A stretch of DNA of 25,562 bases from a virus (lineage: Duplodnaviria > Caudoviricetes), in the IMG/VR virus record IMGVR_UViG_3300031688_000122, positions 1-25,562 of that record. One strand, written 5' to 3'. The stretch's first letter is position 1. Each line of letters begins with the position of its first letter. A program made the position numbers and the translations under genes. The notes beneath the pieces are model-generated. The model was not told where the DNA came from, ran no database searches, and saw nothing but the letters and a program-made list of their open reading frames with translations. Shown piece after piece: positions 7,207 to 17,674 of this stretch.

Positions 7207-9906
7207 ATGCCTAAAACCACATTTACGCAAACTAGTTTTGTAAGTGGTGAGTTATCTCCGCTTGTAAAAGGCCGTACTGACCTTGATCAATATTATCAAG
7301 GTGTTGAAAATGCAGACAACGTATTAATTGTTACTCAAGGCGGTTTAAAAAGACGCGCAGGTACACAATACGTTGCAACTGCACCAACTATCCTTGTTAA
7401 CAATACTGCAGATCCAACCTCAAGTGTAGTTGGTCAAGGTACGGTAGATAATTTAAACGACTTTAATCCTGCTACGTCTATGATTACTACGCAAGTAGGA
7501 AATTTAGGGACGGTAGGCGAACCCGATTTTGTTGTTGCACAATACGATGAAAGCGGTGGGGGTAATTTATTTAACGATACGTTTTTTGTGCAAGTTAACA
7601 ATATAAGAATAGCTAACACTAACGGCACTGCATACACAGGTTCACAAAGAGCTTTGTTACGTATTCAAGTTTCTAATGACGGCAATGTATGGCAAAACCT
7701 TGGATCTTCTTTTTATGTTGAATCAACTCCTAAATCTTTTAGACGGCAGGTTATAGCTCCACTTGTAACTAAATTTATAAGGTTAGTTAGAACTGAAGAA
7801 AACGTTGGTCAGATCTTAACAGGGCTTGGAATTGCAACAGGTGGATTTGAATGTTTAACAAGTAATTTAGATTCCTCATTTGTAAAAACGTTTGATTTTT
7901 CTGTGTCCATAGATGAACATTATTTATGCGTATTAACTGGGGGTGCTGAAGTAAGCAGCTCTTTAGGAAATATGCAAATTTACAAAATAACTGCAGATCA
8001 AGTAAGCTATAAACCAGTAGCATCATTACAAATACCAATTAAATCTTCTCAGGTACCAACTGTTAGATCAGTACAAACCGAAAATGTAATGCTGTTATTT
8101 CAAGAAGATCTTGTTCCATTAAGAATTATAAGAAACGATGTAGGAGCCAATAATTGGGATTGGGTTGTTGATGAGATTCCTTTTTTAAATGTTCCTCAAT
8201 TTGATTACAATGACGCAAAAAGCCCTACTCCGGTTGATTATGTAACCATATTAACTTTTTCGAATTTTGAAGTAGGCGAATCATATCAAATTGATGTTGA
8301 AGGGATACTAAGCAAAAACATAATTTATGCTACGAACCAATCTTCAACTGCATTTAACTTGCAAAAAAATCTGCAAGAAATGCCAAGCTTTGGAGATACC
8401 GGAGTCGAAGTATTAGCGCAAAGTGCTACAGTGTTTCAAATTACTGTATCGGGAGAGTCTACAAAAGATTTTGAAGCGTGGACAGGTTTTGCAACTGGTG
8501 GCCCATCAACAACTCCTCAATTGACATTTACAATTCCTGGGGGGTCTCCTACTGCAGTTTCTCGCAAAGAAGATGTGTGGTCAGCTACCAGAGGGTATCC
8601 AAAAATTGGAGCGTTCTTTGGAGGCAGATTGTGGTTTGGCGGCACTAAGTCAAAAAATCAAAGTTTATTTGCATCTAGGTCTGGATCATTTTTCGATTTC
8701 TTTACTGAAGCAGGTGACGATGATGAAGGTATATTTATTACTATATCTTCTCGTAAGCTAACTCAAATTGTAGATGTAAATCCGGATAGAGGTTTACAAG
8801 TATTTACTAACGGATCTGAGTTCTTAGTTACTGGAACCACTCCATCTAATATTGCTGTGGCTTCACAAACTCAGCATGGATCTTTAAATTTAGAAGTGCA
8901 GTCCGTTGACGGTGCAACTTTGTTTGTTGACGCTAACGGAAATACTTTAAGAAGTTACATATATAACTTTAATGAAGATGCGTTTATTAGTAATGACATT
9001 TCAGTATTTAACAGTCAATTAATTAATCAACCCAAAGATATGGCTATATTAGATGGGACAACATCTGAAGACGCTAATTGGGTATTTATAATTAATCAAG
9101 ATGGCAATGCGGCAATATTAAACACATTGCGCAGTCAAGATATTAACGGATTTACTAAATGGACAAATGCTTCAACTAACAGTGATTACCCTTTAATTTT
9201 AGAAACCGTTTCTGTAGTTAATGACGAACTATTCGTAGTGTACAAGCGTGACAGTTCGTTTAAACCTGAACGTTATATAGCGCGATGGACATTCGATCAG
9301 TTTTTTGACGTAGGTGTAAAAATTACGAATAAAGATTTAATAAGTGCCGATTATAAACTTTATCTATCAACTAAACATTTAATAGGCGACACTGTTAACT
9401 TAGTAGCTCGCGGCACTAACTTTAGCAAAAGAGTCGTTGTATCTACAGGCGCGCCAATACAAATTGGAACAGAAGTTATTTACTCGTATGTTCAGTTAAC
9501 AAAATCTGAAGCAGAATTTATATTAGGCAGTCCAACCCCTTTTGCTAAAATCGATGTTGAGGTTGGATTTAATTTTGTTGTAACAGTTAAACCAATGCCT
9601 TTAAATACAAACGCAACTAATATTGCAGGTTCAAATCAAATGCGGATAAAGAAAGTTTCGCGAATGAACATAAGAATGTTTGAATCAGCAGGAGTATTTG
9701 TAGATGGCAATCCAGTGCCAATTAGGGAATTTGGTGCGGCTGGCCCAAGTTCTCCATTAAATAATAACCTACCAATTAAGTCAGGTATTATTGAGAATAA
9801 CAATGGAGGCAATGGATGGGGCGTTGATGTAGTTCCAGTAATTACAGTTCCTGATCCAACACCATTCCAAATGCAGGCTATTGAATATCAAGTAGAATCT
9901 TCCTAA
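7207..9906 (+). CDS. tail tubular protein B / nozzle (T7 gp12-like beta-propeller)
   Basis: N-terminal QTSFVSGELSP...GRTDL..Y...N..GGL.RR.G, plus GYP...F..GRLWFGG and SRSG.FFDF motifs. 899 aa with insertions. Confidence 0.88.
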   Translation: MPKTTFTQTSFVSGELSPLVKGRTDLDQYYQGVENADNVLIVTQGGLKRRAGTQYVATAPTILVNNTADPTSSVVGQGTVDNLNDFNPATSMITTQVGNLGTVGEPDFVVAQYDESGGGNLFNDTFFVQVNNIRIANTNGTAYTGSQRALLRIQVSNDGNVWQNLGSSFYVESTPKSFRRQVIAPLVTKFIRLVRTEENVGQILTGLGIATGGFECLTSNLDSSFVKTFDFSVSIDEHYLCVLTGGAEVSSSLGNMQIYKITADQVSYKPVASLQIPIKSSQVPTVRSVQTENVMLLFQEDLVPLRIIRNDVGANNWDWVVDEIPFLNVPQFDYNDAKSPTPVDYVTILTFSNFEVGESYQIDVEGILSKNIIYATNQSSTAFNLQKNLQEMPSFGDTGVEVLAQSATVFQITVSGESTKDFEAWTGFATGGPSTTPQLTFTIPGGSPTAVSRKEDVWSATRGYPKIGAFFGGRLWFGGTKSKNQSLFASRSGSFFDFFTEAGDDDEGIFITISSRKLTQIVDVNPDRGLQVFTNGSEFLVTGTTPSNIAVASQTQHGSLNLEVQSVDGATLFVDANGNTLRSYIYNFNEDAFISNDISVFNSQLINQPKDMAILDGTTSEDANWVFIINQDGNAAILNTLRSQDINGFTKWTNASTNSDYPLILETVSVVNDELFVVYKRDSSFKPERYIARWTFDQFFDVGVKITNKDLISADYKLYLSTKHLIGDTVNLVARGTNFSKRVVVSTGAPIQIGTEVIYSYVQLTKSEAEFILGSPTPFAKIDVEVGFNFVVTVKPMPLNTNATNIAGSNQMRIKKVSRMNIRMFESAGVFVDGNPVPIREFGAAGPSSPLNNNLPIKSGIIENNNGGNGWGVDVVPVITVPDPTPFQMQAIEYQVESS

Positions 9907-10283
9907 TGAATGTAACTAAACAAGATCAGATTTTAAAATTACAAGATATTATATTAAAATTAGATCAACAAGTTAACTTAACAACCTCTCACCATTTTAG
10001 TGAGGGTTTGTACGCTAGGGAATTAACGATTCCTGCAGGTGTGGTTGTAGTTGGTGCTAAACATTTAACAACACACATGTATATGGTTGTAAAAGGTAGA
10101 TGTAAAGTACTAAGCCAGTTTGGAGATTATGAAGTTGAGGCACCTTTTATTGGTGAAACGATCCCTAATACAAAGAGAGTAATATTAGCAATAACCGATT
10201 GCGTTTGGATTACATTTCACCCTACTGATTTAACTGACGTAAAAGAAATTGAACAGGCTATATTAGAGCCAGAGGATATATAA
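9906..10283 (+). CDS. cupin-fold protein
   Basis: HHFSEGLYARELTIPAG..VVG.KH...H.....G and TKR...A.TD.VW.T.H pattern of phage cupin-like proteins. TAATG-coupled to the nozzle gene. Confidence 0.7.
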   Translation: MNVTKQDQILKLQDIILKLDQQVNLTTSHHFSEGLYARELTIPAGVVVVGAKHLTTHMYMVVKGRCKVLSQFGDYEVEAPFIGETIPNTKRVILAITDCVWITFHPTDLTDVKEIEQAILEPEDI

Positions 10284-10709
10284 ATGTCATTTTTAGTAGC
10301 GGCCGCAGTAGCAGTTGTAGCAGGTCAAGCCGTAAGTACTTATGCAACTATTCAGGCAGGCACTGAAGCAGAAAAAGCCGCAAGGGTTCGTGCTAGAGAA
10401 TTAAAACTCCAAAACAAAATGGATGAAGCAGATAGACGAGCAGAAGTTAACAGGTTATTAGCACGTAATATAAATAGCCAAGCGGCAGGTGGCATATTAG
10501 GTGAAGGAACGCCTGCAAGTGTAAGTTTAACAACAGCGGAAGATTTAAGCACTTCTGAAGCCGGAGCAAGTTTAACTGCACGATTACAAATTGCACAAGT
10601 TGAAAGGCAAGGAGCGCAAGCTAAAAAACAAGGTTATCTAAACGCGACGTCGAGTTTATTAAAAGCTGCACCTGAATTAGCATCAGCCGCCAAAACAATT
10701 AGTGCTTAG
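10284..10709 (+). CDS. small internal virion/ejection protein (T7 gp14 analogue)
   Basis: Hydrophobic Ala/Val-rich N-terminus, coiled-coil and A.GG...EGTP motif. First of three genes of increasing size before the fibre. Confidence 0.7.
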   Translation: MSFLVAAAVAVVAGQAVSTYATIQAGTEAEKAARVRARELKLQNKMDEADRRAEVNRLLARNINSQAAGGILGEGTPASVSLTTAEDLSTSEAGASLTARLQIAQVERQGAQAKKQGYLNATSSLLKAAPELASAAKTISA

Positions 10710-10718
10710 GGAAAAAAC

Positions 10719-12542
10719 ATGGCTATTGAAAGATTACAAATAAAAAACATGTTTAGAGCGCAAGCTTTAGATACAAGTCGTGTAAGAACGATGCAAGCAC
10801 TAGCAGGTGTTGGTCAATCGCTTTCTAATCTCGGATCTATGGCAGGCGAAAATATTGCTAGTTCAAACGCAAATAACACTGCTAGAGATTTAATGGAAGA
10901 AGCTAATTTAGGCGAAGTAGAAATAACGAATGAAGACGGTTCGAAAGATACTGTAACAAAATACGACAACATTCCACAGCAATTTGGTTGGGGTGCAAGA
11001 GCAGTTGATAGTGCAATTAAAGCAGGGTATAGAGCTACCGCTAAAAACAATAGTACAAAAATTACATCTGTGTCTCGCGAAGAATATCCTAACGATCCTG
11101 AAGGGTACATAAGGGACGTAGAAGCAAGCATGAAAGGCATGTCTTCACAAATGCCTATTGAACTATCTGAGCAATTTGAAACTTATACTAAAGCATCGAT
11201 GGAAGTTGATCTTCGAGCAATTAGAGGTGTAGCAAGGCGAGAAGCATTAGTTGAATCGGAAGCTGAAGTTGAGCAAATGATTAAGCATACAAATGTGTTA
11301 GCTAGTACATTGGCTTTTGACGGCAATGTTTTTGACCTTGATAAGATTGTTGCAGACTTTGCAGAAGAAGGTCAGAAGTTAGTTGACGAAAACTTAATGT
11401 CGCCTACTCAATTTGAGAACGAAAAGTTTACTTTAATTGAGCAAATAACTGAACAATCTGTTTTAGGTAGTGTTGATCAAATAATTAGTGCCGAAATGGT
11501 TACAGACAAGGACGGTACTCAAAGAAGAATTACCCATAGAGAACGCATAACTGCGGCAGAAAACGCATTAGAAGTTTTCAAAGATTCTAAAGGAACACCT
11601 GTCGCTGATCCGTTTAATCCAAAAGGGCCTCCGGTATATTTAAGTTTAGAACAGCACGATAGAGTTACGACTCAAATTCGAGCGCAGATTTCTGAAGCTA
11701 ACCGAATTGATAGACGAGACACGTTGTTAGCAAAAATTGATGTAGTAACTCAACAAAACAACAATATGCAAAGTTGGGACAACGACACGTTATATAACCA
11801 AGATTCAAACAACGGTGGGTATAGTCCTGATGAATTAGCACACCAGTTAAACGAACTAGTCAGAACAGGAAACATTACTGAAACGCAATCTAACATTAGA
11901 AAAAAATTAATTACTTCTAAAAAAGCTATTACTGCTATTGACGATACCGATTCTGCTAACAAAATTGTAAACAGTGTTTATGCAATGCTAGGAGAAACCG
12001 ATCCGCTTGAGTATCAAAAAAAATACATGCAAATTTTTAATGAAATGGCTCGGTTGCAAGACGTAGGAAAATTAACAAAAGACAAAGTTCAATCGCTAGA
12101 AGGATCTATAACCTATTTAACTGCGCCTTCTAATGCCAAGTCAATTAAAAGACTTAGTAGAAGATTATTTTCAAATGATACGAGGAATGCAATTGATCGC
12201 GAAATACCTAGCTACTTACGCTCACAAGTTCAGCAACAAATATTCACAGAAGCTTGGCCTCTTGTTGAAGCGGCTCAAGTTAAGGCTGAAGCAGATGGTG
12301 ATACTTTTGGAGATAATGAACGTGAAAAGATATATTCTATGGAAGCAAATAGAATTATCGACGAGACACAAAAGACTGAAGCTTATAAAGGGGCTGAAAT
12401 CCTTTCTGGGCGTATGAAAGCAGTTCCAACTGTAGAAAGTGGATTTGAGTTACGAAATATGAATGGAAGAGATAGGTACGTTAGACCTGTCTACGATAGC
12501 AACGGTAAATTAATAGACATTGAATATTGGGATGGTCGTTAA
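10719..12542 (+). CDS. internal virion/ejection protein (T7 gp15 analogue)
   Basis: 607 aa, helical composition. Assigned mainly by synteny. Confidence 0.6.
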   Translation: MAIERLQIKNMFRAQALDTSRVRTMQALAGVGQSLSNLGSMAGENIASSNANNTARDLMEEANLGEVEITNEDGSKDTVTKYDNIPQQFGWGARAVDSAIKAGYRATAKNNSTKITSVSREEYPNDPEGYIRDVEASMKGMSSQMPIELSEQFETYTKASMEVDLRAIRGVARREALVESEAEVEQMIKHTNVLASTLAFDGNVFDLDKIVADFAEEGQKLVDENLMSPTQFENEKFTLIEQITEQSVLGSVDQIISAEMVTDKDGTQRRITHRERITAAENALEVFKDSKGTPVADPFNPKGPPVYLSLEQHDRVTTQIRAQISEANRIDRRDTLLAKIDVVTQQNNNMQSWDNDTLYNQDSNNGGYSPDELAHQLNELVRTGNITETQSNIRKKLITSKKAITAIDDTDSANKIVNSVYAMLGETDPLEYQKKYMQIFNEMARLQDVGKLTKDKVQSLEGSITYLTAPSNAKSIKRLSRRLFSNDTRNAIDREIPSYLRSQVQQQIFTEAWPLVEAAQVKAEADGDTFGDNEREKIYSMEANRIIDETQKTEAYKGAEILSGRMKAVPTVESGFELRNMNGRDRYVRPVYDSNGKLIDIEYWDGR

Positions 12543-15500
12543 TGGCAATTGATTCAGCGCAGTTAAGAATTGATGCTTATCTTGCTAGCACAGACATAAG
12601 CAATCTTGACGACACTAGGTTAGAAACAGAGCTTAACGATCCTGATGTGATTGTTAACGAACCAATTGTGCAAGAAACAATTGTAGAAACTGACCCAATA
12701 GCTCCGTCTGAAGATGAGTTGTTTGAAAGAGAAATGCGCGTTCAGTCTTACAACGAAAGTATAAGTTCCCAGGATAATGATCTCGGCTACTTAAACTTGC
12801 CAGAATATAATCTAAATGCAATGGGAGAGCAGTTAGACCCAGACGTAGATAAAGACGATATTAATTTTGTTCAGGTGCAAAGTGACCACAACGAAAATCA
12901 AATATTAAAAGTATCTGAATTATTATTTACCCCTAACGAAATAAGTTATTTTAAAAAAACGCCAATCGGAATTAGCGAGGCAGGCAGATTTTTAGATGTT
13001 GAAGACTATTTGCCTGCAGGCGGTTTTTATAAAGGATACGAAGCATTAAGTGTTCAAACAATCGCCAATGATATACAAGAAGGAAAAGATGTTTCTAATA
13101 ATGATCTAAAAACTTTTAATGATTATTTAAAGAAACATATGGAAGTCCAATTGAGAGGATTCACTTGGGCAGGTGGTGTTAGATACTACGGTACGCCAAT
13201 GCCTGCATTCATTGCTGAATTTATGTTTTCTGGTGGTGTAGGAAAAGTAGCGCAAAAAGCTACGACTCAAGCATTAATAAAAGGTGCAGTTCAAAGTTCA
13301 ATAGCTGCTTCTGAAAAAATAGCGATAGGTACATTAGGCTACGGTGCAAGAGGGGCGGCTATGACCGTTGCTATGGCACCATCGGTTTCACGAACTTATG
13401 GACAATTAAGGGTAAACGAACAATTAACTTTAACTGAACAAGGTAGAGCAATATTAAGCGAAGCTGAAGAATCTCCTGCTATAAGTGTAATGAAAGCATA
13501 CGCGTACACTTCTGTTGACGTTGTATCTGAAATGACGGGCGCACCACTAAGCCGCGTTATAGCTCCACTAACAAATAGAATGGCTAGTAAGGTCTACACT
13601 ACGGCAACTAGCGCACTGCCTCCAAAAGTAGTAAACGGATTCTTAGACGCGTATCAAAAAATAAAACCAAATGCCGCTTTGCAAAACGTACTAGACAAAG
13701 CAGGATGGCATGGAATGCTAATGGAGCTTGGCGAAGAAAGAGTCGCTGATGTCTTACGAGTACACGCTAACATAGCGTTTGGTGAGTCGTATACGTTTGA
13801 CGAAATACTTGATCAAATAACTCCAAGTAAAGAACAATTTTTAATTGAAGCAGGAATCATTGGGGGCTTAAAAACAGCTTCATCGGCAATAGCAATAGGT
13901 CAAAATGTACTGTCAAAAAGAATGTACAACGAAGAAGACATTACATTAGCAACTAGTACGTCAGAAAATGACGTAGAAAATTTAGTTGAAGAAAGTTTAA
14001 ACATTGAAATTGAACCACCAGATGTTAATTCGCCAGAAGCAATTTACACTTTAGAGTCTCAAGAAGCGTTTGAACTTGATGAAACAAAGCCGGACTCTGA
14101 TGTTGATATGGATACGTACGTAGAGTATGAATCTAGTTCGCAGAAGGTGGCAGAAGATCAAGTAAACTCTAAGTTACAAACAGCTTATAAGCGTGTTGCA
14201 GAATTAAAAAGATTAGCAAAACGCAATAATGACAGATTTGTTGATTGGATTTTAAAAGGTGGTCAACTATCTTATGATCAGCTATCTAGCATGGGAATTG
14301 ATGGACTCTCATTAGACTCTGTTAACCAAGCTTTAAAAGGAAAAATTCCTAGAAGACCTTGGATTCGAAATACGAATAACCCAAACACTGGCCCTACGCA
14401 AACGATAGATCAGTTAACAGAAAGGTACAACAGCGATTTTGTACCATATGATCCTAATATATCTACTGATCAATCTGCACAAATTACCAATGAAGAAATG
14501 GTAGACATAATTCGTGAGTTTGTTTATGAGCAAGGGTTCAGAGGTCAAACAGGATTCGAAGCAATTATGGATCTTGAGGTTGCTGCTGAAATATTAGAAC
14601 TAGAAAATGAAATAGACTTTTTTAGTCAGATGAGTGCGCGAGATGCAGACCTCTATTTTAGTGACATGACTTTAGATTTACCCGATCTTGGTAATGCAGA
14701 TTACAACAATATAAATACAAATATTCCACTTGAAACAGAGATTGATCTAGAAACAATTTATGCAGACAGTGCGCAGGACATAGATCAAGAGCTTATTAAT
14801 CAAGACATCGATGCAGAGTTGAGAGGGTTTTTGCTTAACTATATGCCAGTGTTGCCACAAATAACTGAGCAAGATGAAGCAGACATACCAATTCCTAAAA
14901 TTGATTATAGTGAAAGCAACGCTGATGCAATAAAAACTGCTTGGGTAACTAAGTACTTTGCAATTGATAAACTCGTTTCAATGTACGAAGGCAAATACGG
15001 AGCTATACCTGACAGCTTTAATCCTAAGTTATTGATCAGTGCTTATGGTGGAATTATTGGTCGATTTGAACAGGCAGTAAAATTTGGAACATTTAAGTTT
15101 ACCATTGACGGAAAAGCTATTAGAACGGGTCAAGGTTTTAAACCTATTCTTGATATTTTTGACGGATTAATAATTCCAATTGAAGGCAATCGAGCGCAAA
15201 GAAAATTAGATTTAAATAAGTATTTAATTGCTAGGCGTATACAACAAGATATACAAAATTATGTTAACAAAGAAACTGGCGAAGATTTAGTTGGCCCAGT
15301 GCAAGAGCGCAGAGCATCTAAAGAACAACAGCTTCAGGCTGATTTAGATTTGGTGTCGCTAGAAATTAAGTACGGAGACAGTATAGATTACTTTGATCGT
15401 ACTGCTAGAGAGTTGTATGCATATCAAAGACGCAATTTAGAATTGCTTGTTGATTCTGGAAACATGTCTCGCGATAGGTACAAACAAATTATTGAAGATA

Positions 15501-17674
15501 ATCCTAACTACATACCGTTTCATCGCGTTATGTTAGATACATTATTTGATAAAGATGGAAATGTATCAAAAGAAACTGCTCAAATTTATAAAATCCTTGG
15601 AGCGGAAGAAGCTAACATAATGGAAGAGACAGGGATTTTGTCTCAAAAGCAATATGACATGATTGCTAAAGAAGATCCTTCGTTAGCTAGTCAATTAAAT
15701 GACATGATTGAAATCACTAAGGCCCCAAGTGCTATCAAAGGATTGTTTAACAAAGCAACATCAAGGTACATAACACAAAGGTTAACTGGGTCTCAAAGAG
15801 CCATTAAGGATCCGCTGTATTCTATAATGCAGTCTACATACAATGTAATGAATATTGCGGCACGAAACGATGTAGCACAGTCAGTAGCTAAGATGGCAGA
15901 TCTTATGCCAGAACAAATACAACGTATTATGCCAACTACATTACGAGATTCAAAAAACAGAATTGTAAAAGATGAAGACGGCAAGACTATTATGGAACTC
16001 GTTACTAACGACAATTCCATAGAAGTATATGTTGATGGTCAACGACAAGCATACGAGGTTGCAAAACCTATACGCGAAGCATTGAACATGCAAGACATCA
16101 AAAGCATGGCTATGTTTGAAAAGATCTTTGTTACACCAATTACTTTATTTAGAATTGGAACAACAATTACACCTGACTTTATATTAAGTTTGTTTTTTAG
16201 AGATCAGTTTGTTGCGGCATTGCAGTCTAAAACTGCGGCTAATCCTGTAATTGATTTACCTATGGCAATATCAGCCATGATAAACAAAACTAATTTGTAC
16301 CATGAATGGCAAGCTTCTGGCGGCCAAATGACGAACTACATGGATCTGTCAGATCAAGGTATTGAAAAAGCATACGAAGATATTATGGACGACAGTTCAT
16401 ATTTAAACAAAGTAATAAAGTCTTATGGCTTAAAACCATTAAGAGACATGCAAAGAGCATTCGATTCAGTTACTAGAATATCGATTTACAATGCTAATGT
16501 ACGAGCAGGAAAGTCTAGTAGAGAAGCATCTTATGAAGCAAGAGAAGCATTAGCAGACTTTCAAAAAGCAGGAACACAGGCAGAAAAAGTTAATAGATAT
16601 CTTCCATTCTTTAACGTAGCAATTCGTGGTACGGATGTAATGCAAAGGTCTGCAAGAGAAAATCCTGCTAAATTTGCTTTGATAGGTCTGAGTACTATTA
16701 CTTTGCCAAGCTTAATATTAACTGGTTATTATTTATTTGGGGCTGATGAAGAAAGTCGTAGAGCATATTTAGCATTGCCGCAATCTGATAAAGATTATAA
16801 TTGGATGTGGCGCAATGAAGATGGCACTTGGAGTGCAGTTCCGAAACCATACGCCCCAGGATATTTGTTTGGCACGATGCCACAGAAGTACCTTGAATGG
16901 ATGTATGCGACACATCCTAAAGATGCTAAAGAGTTCTTTGTTGATTTTATACAAGGAGCTACAACGAGTGTAAGCCCTATTCAAAGCATTCCTGCAGTAG
17001 CACCACCGCCTCTTAAAACTTGGCTAGAAATAAAAAGCAATTATTTGTTTTATAACGAAGGTGCAGTTATCCCAACGTATAAAGTAAATATGGAACCGGA
17101 TCTGCAAGCTAGTAGATTTGGAAGTTCTACTGCTACATTAATCGGTGACAAATTTAATATGTCGCCAATAGTTGTAGACAAAATAATTAAAGATGTATTA
17201 GGTAATGCAGGTCAGTATGGATTAGATGGAGCAGAATTACTTTCCGACAAATTAAAAGATGCTAGAAATGAGCCTATTCCTGCTGACCCAAGTAAATTGC
17301 CAAGGATTGTAAGAAGATTTATTAAACAAGATCCTTTGTTAGCTAGATCTGAAACTGAAAATGCATGGTGGGATACATATTCTATTGTACAAACAAAAAT
17401 AAATTCGTTAAGGGAATATGAGAAACTTCCCGATTTAAAACAAGCGGATGAATATGAAAACAAATTTAAGACTATTTTTGATCAGCAATATCAAATGCTA
17501 GACAACGGTAAACTAATATCGCAATTGTATCGTGAACGTAACGAAATAATAGATGATGCTAATTTAACCGTTGAAGAAAAAGATAAACAGTTAGAAAGAA
17601 TTAACGTTGAAAAAAATGAAGTTATTACAGAATCACTAAACGAATTTAACAATGCCATACAGGATGCAAACTAA
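12542..17674 (+). CDS. large internal virion/ejection protein (T7 gp16 analogue) with LPD38-like C-terminal region
   Basis: Start re-called to ATG 12542 (TAATG overlap; the track starts at TTG 12527). NYIPFHR, DF...G....N..LPFFN..I.G and W..VPKPY..G.LFG motifs. Hydrophobic segment FALIGLSTITLPSLILTGYYLFG. Confidence 0.75.
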   Translation: MAIDSAQLRIDAYLASTDISNLDDTRLETELNDPDVIVNEPIVQETIVETDPIAPSEDELFEREMRVQSYNESISSQDNDLGYLNLPEYNLNAMGEQLDPDVDKDDINFVQVQSDHNENQILKVSELLFTPNEISYFKKTPIGISEAGRFLDVEDYLPAGGFYKGYEALSVQTIANDIQEGKDVSNNDLKTFNDYLKKHMEVQLRGFTWAGGVRYYGTPMPAFIAEFMFSGGVGKVAQKATTQALIKGAVQSSIAASEKIAIGTLGYGARGAAMTVAMAPSVSRTYGQLRVNEQLTLTEQGRAILSEAEESPAISVMKAYAYTSVDVVSEMTGAPLSRVIAPLTNRMASKVYTTATSALPPKVVNGFLDAYQKIKPNAALQNVLDKAGWHGMLMELGEERVADVLRVHANIAFGESYTFDEILDQITPSKEQFLIEAGIIGGLKTASSAIAIGQNVLSKRMYNEEDITLATSTSENDVENLVEESLNIEIEPPDVNSPEAIYTLESQEAFELDETKPDSDVDMDTYVEYESSSQKVAEDQVNSKLQTAYKRVAELKRLAKRNNDRFVDWILKGGQLSYDQLSSMGIDGLSLDSVNQALKGKIPRRPWIRNTNNPNTGPTQTIDQLTERYNSDFVPYDPNISTDQSAQITNEEMVDIIREFVYEQGFRGQTGFEAIMDLEVAAEILELENEIDFFSQMSARDADLYFSDMTLDLPDLGNADYNNINTNIPLETEIDLETIYADSAQDIDQELINQDIDAELRGFLLNYMPVLPQITEQDEADIPIPKIDYSESNADAIKTAWVTKYFAIDKLVSMYEGKYGAIPDSFNPKLLISAYGGIIGRFEQAVKFGTFKFTIDGKAIRTGQGFKPILDIFDGLIIPIEGNRAQRKLDLNKYLIARRIQQDIQNYVNKETGEDLVGPVQERRASKEQQLQADLDLVSLEIKYGDSIDYFDRTARELYAYQRRNLELLVDSGNMSRDRYKQIIEDNPNYIPFHRVMLDTLFDKDGNVSKETAQIYKILGAEEANIMEETGILSQKQYDMIAKEDPSLASQLNDMIEITKAPSAIKGLFNKATSRYITQRLTGSQRAIKDPLYSIMQSTYNVMNIAARNDVAQSVAKMADLMPEQIQRIMPTTLRDSKNRIVKDEDGKTIMELVTNDNSIEVYVDGQRQAYEVAKPIREALNMQDIKSMAMFEKIFVTPITLFRIGTTITPDFILSLFFRDQFVAALQSKTAANPVIDLPMAISAMINKTNLYHEWQASGGQMTNYMDLSDQGIEKAYEDIMDDSSYLNKVIKSYGLKPLRDMQRAFDSVTRISIYNANVRAGKSSREASYEAREALADFQKAGTQAEKVNRYLPFFNVAIRGTDVMQRSARENPAKFALIGLSTITLPSLILTGYYLFGADEESRRAYLALPQSDKDYNWMWRNEDGTWSAVPKPYAPGYLFGTMPQKYLEWMYATHPKDAKEFFVDFIQGATTSVSPIQSIPAVAPPPLKTWLEIKSNYLFYNEGAVIPTYKVNMEPDLQASRFGSSTATLIGDKFNMSPIVVDKIIKDVLGNAGQYGLDGAELLSDKLKDARNEPIPADPSKLPRIVRRFIKQDPLLARSETENAWWDTYSIVQTKINSLREYEKLPDLKQADEYENKFKTIFDQQYQMLDNGKLISQLYRERNEIIDDANLTVEEKDKQLERINVEKNEVITESLNEFNNAIQDAN

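Noticed and set aside
625-16801. Other TATAAT hexamers (about 648, 1603, 3547, 15823, 16796) as promoters
   Set aside because: No convincing -35 element at 16-18 nt spacing. Expected by chance in AT-rich DNA.
3565-16860. CCWGG, GATC or GANTC avoidance
   Set aside because: CCWGG occurs at about 3565, 8536, 12769 and 16856, and GATC and GANTC are frequent, so no depletion is evident by eye.
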